Counted from the first letter of the stretch, positions 1-14,386 are shown. The stretch is 64,000 nucleotides of DNA from Octopus sinensis (GCF_006345805.1 NC_043003.1:90582001-90646000); one strand, 5' to 3'. The notes: a model not told the origin generated them from the letters alone. Translations and numbers: made by a program.

Positions 1-1818
1 TTGCTTAAATTACCACTGTAAGAAAACCATCAAATTAACTACTGTAAAATGTTCCACTATTGCTGTAAACAGGAAATCAACATTTAAGCTATTAAGGAGG
101 TTTTGCAAGAAATAATTAGTAAGGAGAGAAGTGAGAACTAATCACAATGATTTTCATTTTCTTTTTTTCTTTTCAGCATGAAATGAATCCACTATCCAAT
201 ATAGAGTCGCTTTATAGAATTGATCAACTCTGTGCATGTGCACACACACACACACACAACACAAATCAATGAAGGAACTTTTACATAATCACTATCCATG
301 TTCTCAATGGATTTGCAAAACTCAAAAACTTGTAAGGCGGCAAGGTAGAAAATAAAGGTAGGATGACTAAACAAAAAGAAGTAAAATGCTCTGTTTGACC
401 AACTTTTGAGTTGTGGGGCTGCACATCAACAGCCATGTGCATGATTGTAACATATTTAACATATTGCAATCATATTTTTATGTAGATTGGTTAACCACAT
501 CATCGATCTGAGTTACAATAATCATTGTTACTACATGGTCTTAATCACACAAACCAAAGTTTCAATTTCAACTTGGAAATTTAAATATTTAAATTTTGAT
601 GGCTGCTATGTATAATCTAATTATTTCTAAATAAAATCTGTCTTTTACTCACAACAAACTATTACCCACAATGAACTCTCTATTATCCACTGGACTGTCT
701 CTTACCCACAATGATATTTTTTACCTATAATGATCTGACTTACTCATAATGATCTGTCTTTTACACACAGTGAACTGTCTCTTGCTCACAAAGAACTTGT
801 TTTTATCCACAACGACCCTGATCATCAACAACCAAACATGAAACTTCATCCTAAATAATGTTAATCAAGATAATAGATTAGAGTCCTTAACTGTTTTAGT
901 CAGGAGGGAAGGTAGTGTTCAAGATCCTTTAAAGAAATAGTGGGAAGGAGTGAGGCAGGAAGGTATCCTCAAAGCAGCAACCATGACCAAATGCTTGCGA
1001 TAGAATAAAGTCTGCTAAAAGCACCGAAGGTATCTAGTGGTGCCATTAAACTGGGTGACAGAGTAAGTCTATCACTCAAGTTCGCCATGGTAGGATTTGA
1101 ACTCAGAATGCAAACAGCCAGAACAAATCTTGCAGTTCAACATTCTTAGTTCCATCAATTCACTACTCTTGGATTGGTATGTTTTTATTGACCCTGAAAG
1201 GATGAAAAATGAAGTTGACCATGGTGAGATTTGAACTCAAAACTCAGAGAGTTGAAATACATATCACATACGGAATATTCTAACTGATGCTTTAATAAAC
1301 TCTGCCAATTCACCAACTAATTTTATCACTACTTGATTAATCTGTAATACATTAATTATATACCCATACATCATGACCTTGTATTGTCTTATCTGGAAAG
1401 CTTAATGTTATGAGGTCTGTGTTAATTATTATTAGTTAATTCTGCAGTTTATTCTATCCTACTACTATAGTTCCATTTCATTCAGTACCTTTTCACCCAT
1501 CAAGCAGCAAGCATCATTCCATTACCGCCATAATAGAATGATTAATTTCCCTGGTATGTTATCCCCATCCGATCAAAGGTCCTAATCTAGACATGATATT
1601 CTTAGTTTTCTATAAGAAATAAAACATTGGCATTCTAAATAAGCAGATGCTAAGCATACCATAAAAAGTAAAACCAATCACAACACACACACACACACAC
1701 ACACACACACATTCTCCTTTATAAGTAATTAGTGCTTAAACCAATTCAATAAATACCGTTTTCTTGCTGTGGAAAGAAGCTGAAAAATGACTGATTTAAA
1801 GTACATAAATGAAACACA

Positions 1819-1859
<41 letters not shown>

Positions 1860-1944
1860 CATATACATATGTGTGTGTGTGTGTGTGTGTGTATTTATAT
1901 GCAAGTATGTATCAATATAACGTTTTCACATTGTAGCTCTTTAC

Positions 1945-2096
1945 CTTTGCAATAAAAGATCAAGTTTATTTCCATAAGAAAGAATGGCATCTTGTGCTTC
2001 TTTGTGTTTGAGAGTCTCGGCAACTAACTTGCCAATCTTCAAAATAATATCTCCTGATTGGAGTCCACATTTGGCAGCCAAGCTTCCTGATGTAAC
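1945..2096 (-). CDS. Coding exon 2 of the same PDZ-LIM gene, C-terminal half of the PDZ domain
   Basis: Acceptor TTTCTGTTTCTGTTTGTTTTAG, then 152 nt encoding VTSGSLAAKCGLQSGDIILKIGKLVAETLKHKEAQDAILSYGNKLDLLLQ(R), then a GTAAAG donor (phase 2). In frame with exon 1. Too short for the ORF track. Confidence 0.93.
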
Positions 2097-3422
2097 CTAA
2101 AACAAACAGAAACAGAAATGTATCTTAATACTAATAAACATAAGGCAACAATGGGAATAGAATCAAATATTCCATTATTTTGTACTATAATGTAAAATTT
2201 AAGTTCAGCCTTATATGGTCAGAGAAACATGCTACCCACCCACCACACTAAATTCTTCATTTTCTACATCCAACTTTCAATTTCTCTGGAAACTTTGCCA
2301 GCTACTATTTAAAATAAATGCACCCCCCCCCCCACACACACATACAAAAACAAAAAAAGAAGAAAACAAAAACAAGATTAAACATGAAACTGACTGCAGC
2401 TGGTCGACCAAGGAGTGGGGAAACTTTATCTAAACCTAGCAGCCGCTAACCAGAAGATTTATTTTTAGCAGAGATCTGCTTTCTCTTCATATAACCAAAC
2501 AATTATTCTCTTGGTTAAGCTAATGTTAACATATTTAATGCAGGGATTATAAAAAAAATAAAATAAACACTAGACATAACTATATATTGAGAAAAAGCAA
2601 TATAGTCATTGATTAATAACATTATTTTAATTCTTTCAACAAACATGTAAGGCAACTTCAAACATGTTTTGGCCTTATGAGACTTCTTCAGTAAAGCACA
2701 GACCTCATTATAATAGTGATGGGAGAAAGATAGTAGGTGTAGAAAGATAGTAGAAATGTTTAAATGATACCTAACTCTTAGATGCTTTTAAAGTCAAACA
2801 TTTCACTTCCTGTGCAACGCAATACTGCACGAGACTGCACTGGTCAGCCCATTTTGAAATGCACAATATCCCACAAAGTGTACCAACCTAGTTTACTTTC
2901 ACTTCTGAACAAAATAAGAAACTCTTTAATTTAAAGGAACAAAAAAAAAAACCTAAACCTTTTCTCTATCATTCATTTGTGTTTTGTAATGGAATCATAA
3001 TAGAACTAGGCTTTTTACTAAGACAATTTTCAATAGGATGTTAACATATTCTAGTTAGCTATTAATATTTGACACTCCCTACATTATCTGTGTTAAAAGT
3101 AACGTGACTATTGTGTTTTTCATAAAGATAGTGCCCAAGGATAAGTACAGTAATTCATGATGTCTCTGAAGAAGTCTTATAAGACTAAAACATTCCAGAG
3201 TTACCTCTCATAATAACTGAAAGAATCAAAATATTAGTTAAGGGCTATAATACATTTTTTCCTGTCCTCAGTTGTGTTGTAGTTGTTCCCAACCATGTGG
3301 CTTCAAGTTCAGTGTCACTGTGTGGCACTATGGACAAGTGTCCAAGGAGCCACACAGTCCTGGATCAACCAAAGCCTTGTGAGTGGATTTGGTAGACAGA
3401 AAATGAAAAAAGTCCACTGTAC

Positions 3423-3660
<238 letters not shown>

Positions 3661-6600
3661 GTATCTGTGAATCATTGTCTTGACATTGTGTCAAAGTTGT
3701 AAATGAGTGCCACTATCATACAAATGATGTTATTTGTTTCCAATCTTTCATTAAAAGATATCTGGCCAAGGGAAAATATTTCCTTGCTTGGAAATAAGTG
3801 AAGGTTAGATACAAGACGGGTATGTAGCCATGTAAAATATCTTCCAATGAATGAATTAATTCTGTCTGACCCAAGCAAGCATGGAAAAGTGGACATTAAA
3901 GCAACAATGACAACAAGTTCTTTCAATGCTCCCAGCATTACATATCATTCTTCCATGCAGGTAGCATCCAAAAGGAATTCATTCTTGGAAGAGAAATTGT
4001 CTTAATTTGACTGAATAAATGAAAAAAAAGTAAAAAATATCAAATCACTGACTTCTTAAGTAATAAGCTAAAATCTTCTAAGTTTAGGGGAAATTTCAAA
4101 TTGCATCTAACATGATAAGCACAAGTGCTTATCTAACATGATAAACCTAGCAGCATAAGTGTGGTGAAACTAATCCCAACTAAAGAATTAGAATTGGATA
4201 CCAGACATGACTGCTGAATTAGTCTCTGTTTCTCCTCTACAGTGCTTAATAGGCATTTGGTACCATACAACACCTAAGGTTATGAAAAAGGGAGGACTGT
4301 GACATATCTTTTTCAAAGGTATTAATGACAAAATTTGGTATGATGTAGTCACAGACATTGGGTTTGAAACAACAATAAGGAGATTATGTGTACACAACTT
4401 CCTTGACTCTAAACACACTCATACACACATGAAGTATGGCTGACACTACACAATGCAAATGATGGAAAATTTCCTTCTGAGGAGTGGGTTTGACAGATGG
4501 AAACTGAAAGAAGATTTTATATATAAATATATATATATATGTCTTTTATCTTTTGCTTGTTTCAGTCACTAGACTGTGGCCATGCTGGGGCACTGCTTTG
4601 GAGAACTTTCTAGTCAAATGAATCAACTCCAGTATTTATTTTTAAAGCTTGGTACTTATTCTATTGGTCGCTTTTGCAAAACTGCTAAGCTATGGGGACA
4701 TAAACACACCAGCACCAGTTTTCAAGTGGTGGTGGTGGGGGACAAACACAGAGAAAAGACACACACACATACATACGATAGGCTTCTTTCAGTTTTTGCC
4801 TACTAAATCTAGTCAGAAGGCTTTGGTCAGCTTAAGGCTATAGTAGAGGACACTTGCCCAAGGTACCATGCAATGGGACTGAACCTGAAACCATGTGGCT
4901 GGGAAGCAAGCTTCTTACAACAGAGCCGGTTCCCCACCACCATTAGAAAACTGGTGTTGGTTTATTCTTTTACTTATTTCAGTCATTTGACTGCAACCAT
5001 GCTGGAGCACCACCTTAAAGAGTTTTTTGTCAAAAAAACTAACCCCAGGACTTATTCTTTGTAAGCCTAGTACTTATTCTATCGGTCTCTTCTGCTGAAA
5101 CACTAAGTTATGGGGGACATAAACATACCAACATCGGTTGTCAAGTGATGGCAAGTAGGGGACAAACACAGACACAAACGCATAAATATATACATTTACA
5201 ACAGGCTTCTTTCAGTTTCCGTCTACCAAATCCACTCTCAAGGCTTTGGCTACAGTAGAAGACACTTGCCCAAGGTGCCACACAGTGGGAGTGAACCTGG
5301 AACCATGTGGTTGAGAAGCCAGCTTCTTACCACACAGCCACAGCGGTTTGGCAAGAGACAGATAGAATAAGTACCAACTAAACCTTTCAAGGTGGTACTC
5401 CAACACAGCAGCACTCCAATAACTGAAACAAGTAAAAGACAAAAGATAACACATTTGAATTACTTTCCTATTAGGATTGTCATCATCATCATCATTTAAT
5501 GTCTGCCATCCATGCTGGCATGGGTTGGACGGTTTGACCAGGGCTGCACCAGACTCCAGTCTGATTTGGCATGGTTTCTACAACTGGATGTCCTTCCTTA
5601 ACTCCGAGAGTGTAATGGGTACTTTTACATGCCACTAGCACGGGTGCCAGTTACGTGACACAGTATCTGCCACCACAACTATGATTTCACTTGGCTTGAT
5701 GGGTCTTCTACTCAAGCATGACATCTTGACAAAGGTCTCAGCCGTTTGTCATTGGGTATTATAGAAATGTAAATAAACCTCAGAACTTGATTTATATTTT
5801 ATTTTATTGACCCCGGAAGGATCAAAGGCAAAGTTGACCTTGGCAGGATTTTGAATTCAGAATATAAATATAAAAGACTATAACTAGACACTGCAAAGCA
5901 TTTTGTCCATTGCTCCCATGATTCTAGAAACTCACCACCTGTTAATAAACATAAATATTAATTTTGGCATAAAGCCACAAATTTTGAAGAAAGTATGTTA
6001 ATTGTTGTTGCCTTGTCTTTTTAGAAATATGAAATTACTAGGAGTGGATTCCCAGTCCCTTCACTCCTTCCCCTTTTAGTCCTCTCTTACACCACGCAGG
6101 GAACACAGCGACTGCATTCTACCAGTCCCCCCCACCCCCAGTTGCAGGAGGTTGTGTTCTATGCCCTCACCTGAGCTGGGAAATGAACGGAATGCCTGGT
6201 GTGTGTTTTGTGGCTACACCCTCCTTAAAAATGGGGAATAGGCCTGGGTATATGTAAAAGAAAAAAATGTTTTTTCTTTTTCTTAAATTGGTTTCATTTG
6301 GATGTAGTTGTACCCATGGCATCACAAGTCCTCTAAGATTAGACACTGTTAAAATTCCTGTTGAATTGATAAAGACTTTACTGGTACTGATTTTAACAAT
6401 CTTGGAGTAGGGAAGAAGAATGCATGGCCGGGTTAATCCTGAGATATTTTGCACTCTTCTCTACTGACAATGTAATTATTATTGACTGCTGTGGAGTAAC
6501 GGACCTATGAGAGTGGGGTACAGAGGGTACATCACAATTGTGCCTGGACATTTTCTGGGATCTCAAATGAGGTTTACACATACTGAAGACCAGCATTCAG

Positions 6601-7389
6601 AGAAGGAAAGGGTCTCTGTGAGAAACTTGTTATCCCATTATGCAACTTGTCTGAGGCCTTACTTTGTGTGGAGAAAGGGGTAAGAAAGCCCCTAGTAGTA
6701 GAGACCATGAAGTGGTTTAAATTTGCAGTCGAAACTGAATGCCATAAGATACATGGTTTCATTTCTCTTTAATTATCGTATCTAAAGTCTCACATATAAA
6801 TATTGTAAAAAAATGAATATGTTTTATAAATATTTCTGGACATGAAAGATGTTTGGGGAGAGAGGCATGCTGAATGGATATGAGAAGATATGAGTAACTT
6901 AAATAACATAGCTTGTTCGAGTAACATGAACCTAAAGAATGTTAGTAGCTCCTCAGCATAGTGAAGATATACCATAGTTCTATGTTGTTATGAATGCTTT
7001 GGAAGACACCAGCTGTGTGTAGAGAGAGGTAGAGATAGATAGATAAAGAGAGAGAGAGAGTGGGGGGGGGGCAAGCTAAATAGATAATATCAGTTACGAG
7101 AGAGACACACAGAAAAAGTGAGAGAGGTATTAATAGCTATACATACTATTTATTGACTAGGCAAAAAGGTTACATGTTTTTAAGCGAAAGGACTTAGCAA
7201 ATTTTTATTTAAAAGCTCATCCAAAGTAGTTCTTTCAGTTAAATCATTCTAATCAGAAAGACAAGGACATCTCAAGAATACCTATTTTATAACTACCATT
7301 TCTCAGAGAGATAAAATCCTTAAAAATCCAAAAGAACAATGAAGCACTTTTAGATACAGGAAAACATTAGCATTTTTTTTCAGGTGTGG

Positions 7390-7529
7390 AATTTATAAAA
7401 TCCTTCATTGTTAAATAAAGAAGGCATTGGGTTTTTTTTTTTTAACGGACTTCATATAGAAATATGAAGTCCGTTAAAAAAAAAAAACCCAATGCCTTCT
7501 TTATTTAACAATGAAGGATTTTATAAATT
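7390..7529. repeat. Perfect 68-bp inverted repeat with a 4-nt loop
   Basis: 7390-7457 is the exact reverse complement of 7462-7529, including the T12/A12 runs. Loop AGAA. Confidence 0.95.
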
Positions 7530-8097
7530 TGGAATCTTCAATTATTGTTTGAATCAGAAACTGACTTGAGTCTAGGAACTTAACTATTTTATCATTACGT
7601 CATTTTTACTGTCATTGAAAGCTTGTGTTTATGAACATTATTTAATTTGTACATCTTTTATTTTTTTGTTTTTGCATATAAATATACTTTGTATTCATAA
7701 TGACACACTCATCCTTCAACAAAAACAACATTAAAAAGTTAAACAGTTTAAGCACAAATTACTTTCAAGAATGAAACAAAGTACTTTCAGTATTTTCACA
7801 ACTAACAAGAGCAAAATAACATATCTGAGCCTTTTATCCACATAAATAATGTAATAATTAATAAGGTATGGATTTAGGGTCCTAGTTTTAAACAAATACT
7901 TTCTATATAGTTAAAAAAAAAAAATTGCAGACTTTGGATTTCTTAGTTCAAAATTACAAAGATCATTCTTTTCTTAACCCACAGTTAAAGAAATAAGACC
8001 AGCTTCACTGCTACCTTAGATACCAAGTTTACCATCGACTAATTAGTGTCACCTAATAAACATTTCCTAATCAATAACTATATACATATCAAATATG

Positions 8098-8131
<34 letters not shown>

Positions 8132-8227
8132 CATACATATATATATATATACATACATATATATATATATACATACATATATATATATACATACATACAT
8201 ATATACATACATACATATATACATACA

Positions 8228-9051
8228 CTAGCAGCATAGCCCGGGTATGTAAGAGCCCCTAGTAGGCAATGACTAATCCCAATCTAGTCCTTTCCCCCTA
8301 GGGAATGAAGGCGCATGTGTAGGTTGCAATGTCTTCTCTTCACTCGAATACTTCTGTGTATACGATGTTCCTAGTTGTCCCTTTGGGCGAAAACATGAAA
8401 ACATCATTGCATCTCCCAAGAGAGTTAAAAAGGTCGAGTTGCGTCCCCTAGACAGTCTGTGGTTTGTGTTTAATACAGAAATCGGTTTGCTATGTGTGCC
8501 ACATATGATTTAATTAACCGATTTTGTCCAGTAATAAAGTATCCTATTGGAATCAAAAGGGCCATATAGCTCCTTGGAGCAGACATGATGCTCGCTGTGA
8601 ATTTCAAAAAAAATTCCTGCCAATTTGTTAAAGATATTGTCGAAAATATGTCATCTTGAATTTGAACGCGATTTCCCAAAATGGCATGATTTTATAGATT
8701 TTTTCTGAAGGTAAGGTATTGCATGGAAAACTAACGTCAGAATTAAGTTCCTTAGGGTAACATGAAGCTTCACCATGAGTTTGGTGAAAATCGATTGCAA
8801 GTTGCGAAAACTACAACAGAAAATGTGTTGCATATAAGAAGCTTAGATTCTCGACCCCATGTCGAATTTATCAATTTTTTTCAGAACTGGCGGAACTTTT
8901 CAAAATTTTCGCTACGTTAGTTTTGAATTATGACATTAGGCTATGTGTGTGTCAAGTTTCATCAGAATCGGTTGAAAGCCGTGGTCAGGGTGAGGGTACA
9001 ACCTGACAAACACACCGACAGACAAACTGCCGTTTATATATAGAGAGAAGA
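8228..9051 (-). mobile_element. Non-autonomous Helitron with a remnant RepHel C-terminus
   Basis: The minus strand starts TC (TCTTCTCTCTATATATAAA), ends CTAG and lies between host A and T. The remnant near 8340-8410 reads NDVFMFSPKGTTRNIVYTEVFE*, similar to Helitron helicase ends. Confidence 0.75.
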
Positions 9052-9106
9052 TATATATAAACATACATACATATATATACACATACATATATATATACAC
9101 ACATAC

Positions 9107-9169
<63 letters not shown>

Positions 9170-9298
9170 CATAGATATATATACATATATATCTATACAT
9201 ATATATATATACACATACATACATATATATATATACATACATATATATATATATATACATACATATATATACATATACATACATATATATACATATAC

Positions 9299-9352
<54 letters not shown>

Positions 9353-9358
9353 ATACAC

Positions 9359-9405
<47 letters not shown>

Positions 9406-9424
9406 CACATACATATATATACAC

Positions 9425-9463
<39 letters not shown>

Positions 9464-9476
9464 CATATATATACAC

Positions 9477-9539
<63 letters not shown>

Positions 9540-9550
9540 TGTATACATAC

Positions 9551-9606
<56 letters not shown>

Positions 9607-9767
9607 ACATACATATATATACATATATATACACACATACATATACACATATATACACACATACATATATATATATACACACATACATATATATATACAC
9701 ACATACATATATATATACACATATATATATATATACATATATATACAAATATATATATATACATATC
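9052..9767. repeat. (TA)n/(TACA)n compound microsatellite
   Basis: Read directly. It produces the spurious YI-rich ORFs. Confidence 0.97.
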
Positions 9768-12025
9768 ATCATCATCATCGTTTAACGTCCGTTTTCCATG
9801 CCAGCATGGGTTGGACGGCTCGACCGGGGTCTGGGAAGCCAGGAAGCTGCACCAGGCTCCATTCTGATCTAGCTGTGTTTCTACAGCTGGATGCCTTTCC
9901 TAACGCCAACTACTCTGTGAGTGTAGTGGGTGCTTTTTACGTGCCACCGGCACAGGTGCCAGGGGAGGCTAGCAACGGCCATGATCGGTTGGTACTTTTT
10001 ATGTGCCACTGGCACAGAAGCCAGTCAAGGTGGTGCTGGCATCGACCACGTACGGATGGTACTTTTTATGTGCCACCGGCATGGAAGCCAGTCAATGCGG
10101 CGCTGGCATTGACCACGTACAGATGGTGCATTTTAGGTGCCACTGGCACAGGTATTGCAACTGCAACTTCCATTTGATCTTTTGATGTTGATGTACTTGA
10201 CTCAACAGGTCTCCTCAAGCACAGCAGGTCGCCCTACGATACAAGGTAAGTACAGCAGGCCGTCATGTGATCCAAGGTACTTTGGAAGGGCTGGGGCTTC
10301 TATATGAAGCTGGTACAGGAGACAGCCATGAACTCACATTATTTGTCGGGTCTTCGCAGTCAAAGCATATCTCCAGAGGTCTCGGTCTTCCGTCATTGCC
10401 TCTGTGAGACCCAAAGTTCGAAGGTCATGCTTGACTACCTCATCCCATGTCTTCCTGGGTCTACCTCAACTCTGGATTCCTTCAACTATTTGGGAGTGGC
10501 ACTTCTTCACACATCTCTCCTCATCCATCCACAGTACATGACCATACCAGCGCAGACGTCTCTCTTGCATTTCACATCCAATGCTTCTTATGTCCAGCAT
10601 TTCTCTCAGGGCACTTACACTCTGTCATGTATGCACACTGACATTACACATCCAGCAGATCATGCTAGCTTCATTTCTTTCGAGCCTACACATGTCCTCT
10701 GCAGTCACAGCCCATGTTTCACTACCGTGAAGCATGGCAGTTCGCACACATGCGTCATACAGTCTACCTTTCACCAGTAGGGGTAGGAGCTTTCTGAACT
10801 TTGACCAAGCTATTCTCATTCTAGTGCTAACACTCTCTGAGCATCCACCCCCACTACTAACTAGGTCACCTAGGTAGCGGAAACTATCAACTACTTCTAG
10901 TTTCTCCCCCAGGAGTGTAATGGAATCTGGTTTCTGAGTATCAGTGGTGTCTATTGCCCCTGTGCATCTGTGGCACACCAAAGCTATCTTCTCAGTTAAT
11001 TTTCCTTTGATGGTGCTGCACCTCTTATGTGTCCATAGCTTACACTGGGTACATCTTATGGAGTTTCTACCTACACCTTTTCTACAGATCGAGCAGGGCC
11101 ATCTACATGAAGAGGTGAATGGTGTGTTTGCCTTCCTAATTACTAGAACTTTGGTCTTTGCTACATTGACTCTAAGGCTGTTTGATTCTAAACCTAGCTT
11201 CCACACTCGAAATTTCTTTTCTAGTTCTGGTAGTGATTCTGCTATGAGAGCCAGGTCATCTACATAGAGGAGCTCCCAAGGGCAACCCGTCTTGAATTCC
11301 TCTGTTATTGCCTGGAGGACTATGATGAATAAAAGGGAACTGAGGGCTGAACCTTGGTGGACCCCTACTTCTACCCGAAATTCTTCACTATACTCATTGC
11401 TAATCCTAACCTTGCTGACAGCCCCTCTGTATAGGGCCTGTACAGCCCTTATTAACCATTCGTCAATCGCCAGTTTCCGCATCGCCCACCAGATAAGGGA
11501 TCGGGAGACCCTGCCAAAGGCTTTCTCCAAGTCCACGAAAGCTATGTAGAGGGGTTTATCTTTAGCTAGGTATTTCTCCTGCAGTTGTCGGACCAGGAAT
11601 ATGGCATCAGTGGTGCTTCTACCTGGCACAAAACCAAACTGCATCTCATCTAAGCAAACTCTCTCCCTAATGAGATGGGCTATGACCCTTTCTGTGACCT
11701 TCATCACCTGATCCAACAGTTTAATACCCCTGTAGTTATTTCTATGTAGAGCATCGCCTTTACACTTGTAGCAGTTGACTACGCTGCTGCTATGCCAGTC
11801 ATTGGGTATGACTCCATTTTGAACTACCTGTTTTACAATGCGGGTGACTAGGCCACAGCCCACGCCACCAGCTGTTTTAAGCATCTCAGCAGTGATTCCT
11901 GATGGGCCAGGGGCTTTTCCTGGTTTCATACCCTTAATTGCTACTATTCGGAGAGCTGGTCCCTCTACTGGCTCAACATTTGGCAGGCTCTCCTCCACAT
12001 TCAGCATCTCTCATAATGGCTCATC
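9767..12025 (-). mobile_element. 5'-truncated RTE LINE of the same family
   Basis: ORF 10625-12007 is highly similar to 57536-59377 (RT + PHD). Its 3' UTR and (GAT)n tail at about 9767-9780 abut a (TA)n field. Confidence 0.95.
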
Positions 12026-12117
12026 ATATATATGCATATGATATATATATATATATGATATATATATCATATATATGTATATGATATATATATATATATG
12101 ATATATATATCATATAT

Positions 12118-12882
12118 ATCATCATCATCATCATCATCATTTAGCGTCCGTTTTCCATGCTAGCATGGGTTGGACGGTTCAACTGGGGTCTGGGGAGCCC
12201 GAAGGCTGCACCAGGCCAGTCAGATCTGGCAGTGTTTCTACAGCTGGATGCCCTTCCTAACGCCAACCACTCCGAGAGTGTAGTGGGTGATTTTATGTGC
12301 CACCGACACAGGTGCCAGACGAGGCTGGCGAACGGCCACGCTCGGATGGTGTTTTTATGTGCCACCGACACAGGTGCCAGACGAGGCTGGCAGACGGCCA
12401 CGCTCGGATGGTGTTTTTATGTGCCACCGACACAGGTGCCAGATGAGGCTGGCAGGTGCCAGACGAGGCTGGCAGACGGCCACGCTCGGATGGTGTTTTT
12501 ATGTGCCACCGACACAGGTGCCAGATGAGGCTGGCGGACGGCCACGATCGGATGGTGTTTGTTACGTCCCCAAAGCACGGAGGCCAGTCTATGCGGTACT
12601 GGCTACGGCCACGTTCGGATGATTTTCTTGTGTGCCACCGGCACTGGTACCACAAAGATACAAATTCCATTTATGCTCATCTATTTTGATTTGTTTTGAT
12701 TTGATTTGATTTTCACTTGCCTCAACAGGTCTTCACAAGTGTCACTTGCCTCAACAGGTCTTCACAAGTGTCACAAGAAGGAAGGTATGCACAGGTGGAC
12801 TGTCTACGTCGCCGGGTCTTCGGATGGTGTCTTTATGTGCCACCGACACAGGTGCCAGATGTGGCTGGCGAACGGCCACGAT
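12118..12882 (-). mobile_element. RTE 3'-UTR fragment with an expanded 62-bp minisatellite
   Basis: Same 3' terminus (CCATGCTAGCATGG...(GAT)n). Tandem units start at 12295, 12357, 12419 and 12501. Confidence 0.9.
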
Positions 12883-13240
12883 CTATGTATATGATATATA
12901 TATATACGGCCACGATATATGTATATGATATATATATATATGATATATATATGATATATATGTATATGATATATATATGATATATATGTATATGATATAT
13001 ATATATATATATGATATATATGTATATGATATATATATCATATATATGATATATATGTATATGATATATATATCATATATCTGATATATATGTATATGAT
13101 ATATATATCATATATATGTATATGATATATATATATATCATATATATGTATATATATATATATATATGATATATATGTATATGATATATATATATATATA
13201 TATATATATATCATATATATGTATATGATATATATATATA

Positions 13241-13279
<39 letters not shown>

Positions 13280-13446
13280 ATATATATATATGATATATAC
13301 AAGACAAGAAAATGGAGAAATACATCTAAATCAAATATCAATTACCAGATAATACTCAATCACATACTTTATTAAACCACCACATAAGAGACTGTAGGGT
13401 TAAATATAAAAAGCAGAACAAATCTGTACATAAAGGAATGTATATA

Positions 13447-13487
<41 letters not shown>

Positions 13488-13499
13488 ATATATATATAT

Positions 13500-14386
13500 C
13501 ATGACTGCTGAGAATATGTGTAAGCTTGCAAGAAATGAAGCCAGTATGCTCCGATGGATGTGTAATGTCAGTGTTCATACTCGACAGAGTGTAAGTACCT
13601 TGAGAGAAAAGTTGGATCTAAGAAGCATCAGTTGTGGTGTGCAAGAGAGACGTTTGCGCTGGTATGGACATGTGGCGAGAATGGATGAAGATAGTTGTGT
13701 GAAAAAGTGCCACACCCTAGCGGTTGAGAAAACCTGTGGAAGAGGCAGACCCAGGAAAACCTGGTGGTGAAGAACGACCTTCGAACTTTAGGTCTCACCG
13801 AGGAAATAACTAGAGACCGAGATCTTTGGAAGTATGCTGTGCATGAGAAGACCCAGCAGGACACGTGAGACCATAACCCATGGCCTTTACCTGGGATGTA
13901 GCCAGTCCACTTATGCATATCTTTCCTTCTTGGGACACAAAACTCTACTTGTGAAGACCTTTTGAGGTAAGTGAGAATCAGAATCGAAATCGAACAACAT
14001 CAATGGAAATTGTAGCTATGATACCAGCGCCGGTGGCATGTAAGAGAACCATCCGAACGTGGCCGTTGCCAGCGCTGCCCCGACCAGCCTCCGTGCCGGT
14101 GGCACGTAAAACGCACCATCTAATTGTGGCTGTTGCCAGCCTCTCCTGGCCCCCGTTCCGGTGGCACATAAAAAGCACCATCTGATGTGGCCGTTTGCCA
14201 GCCTCGTCTGGCACCTGTGCCGATGGCACGTAAATAGCACCTGCTACACCCACGGAATGTTTGGCGTTAGGAAGGGCATCCAGCTGTAGAAACATTGCCA
14301 GATCAGACTGGGCCTGGTGCAGCCTTCTGGCTTCCCAGACCCCCGTTGAACCATCCAACCCATGCTAAACGATGATGATGATGATA
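13500..14386 (+). mobile_element. 5'-truncated RTE LINE (RT C-terminus + 3' UTR)
   Basis: ORF 13483-13770 matches the end of the 59377 ORF (RNEASMLRWMC...RLRWYGHVARM). (GAT)n tail at about 14370. Confidence 0.92.

Noticed and set aside
1-1944. Search for coding exon 3 of the PDZ-LIM gene
   Set aside because: No convincing phase-2 acceptor with a plausible reading frame was found. The exon probably lies beyond the window start.
6040-6800. Moderately GC-rich stretch with a CGERG-like motif, possibly a LINE ORF1 or Gag remnant
   Set aside because: Stops in all frames and no complete CCHC motif. It needs a profile search.
10304-11549. Plus-strand ORFs of 85-158 aa (likewise 57976-59130 on -)
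   Set aside because: Antisense shadows of the RTE reverse transcriptase.
12291-12560. Regular 62-bp repeats resembling a CRISPR array
   Set aside because: The units are directly tandem with no unique spacers, lie in a LINE 3' UTR, and the DNA is eukaryotic.
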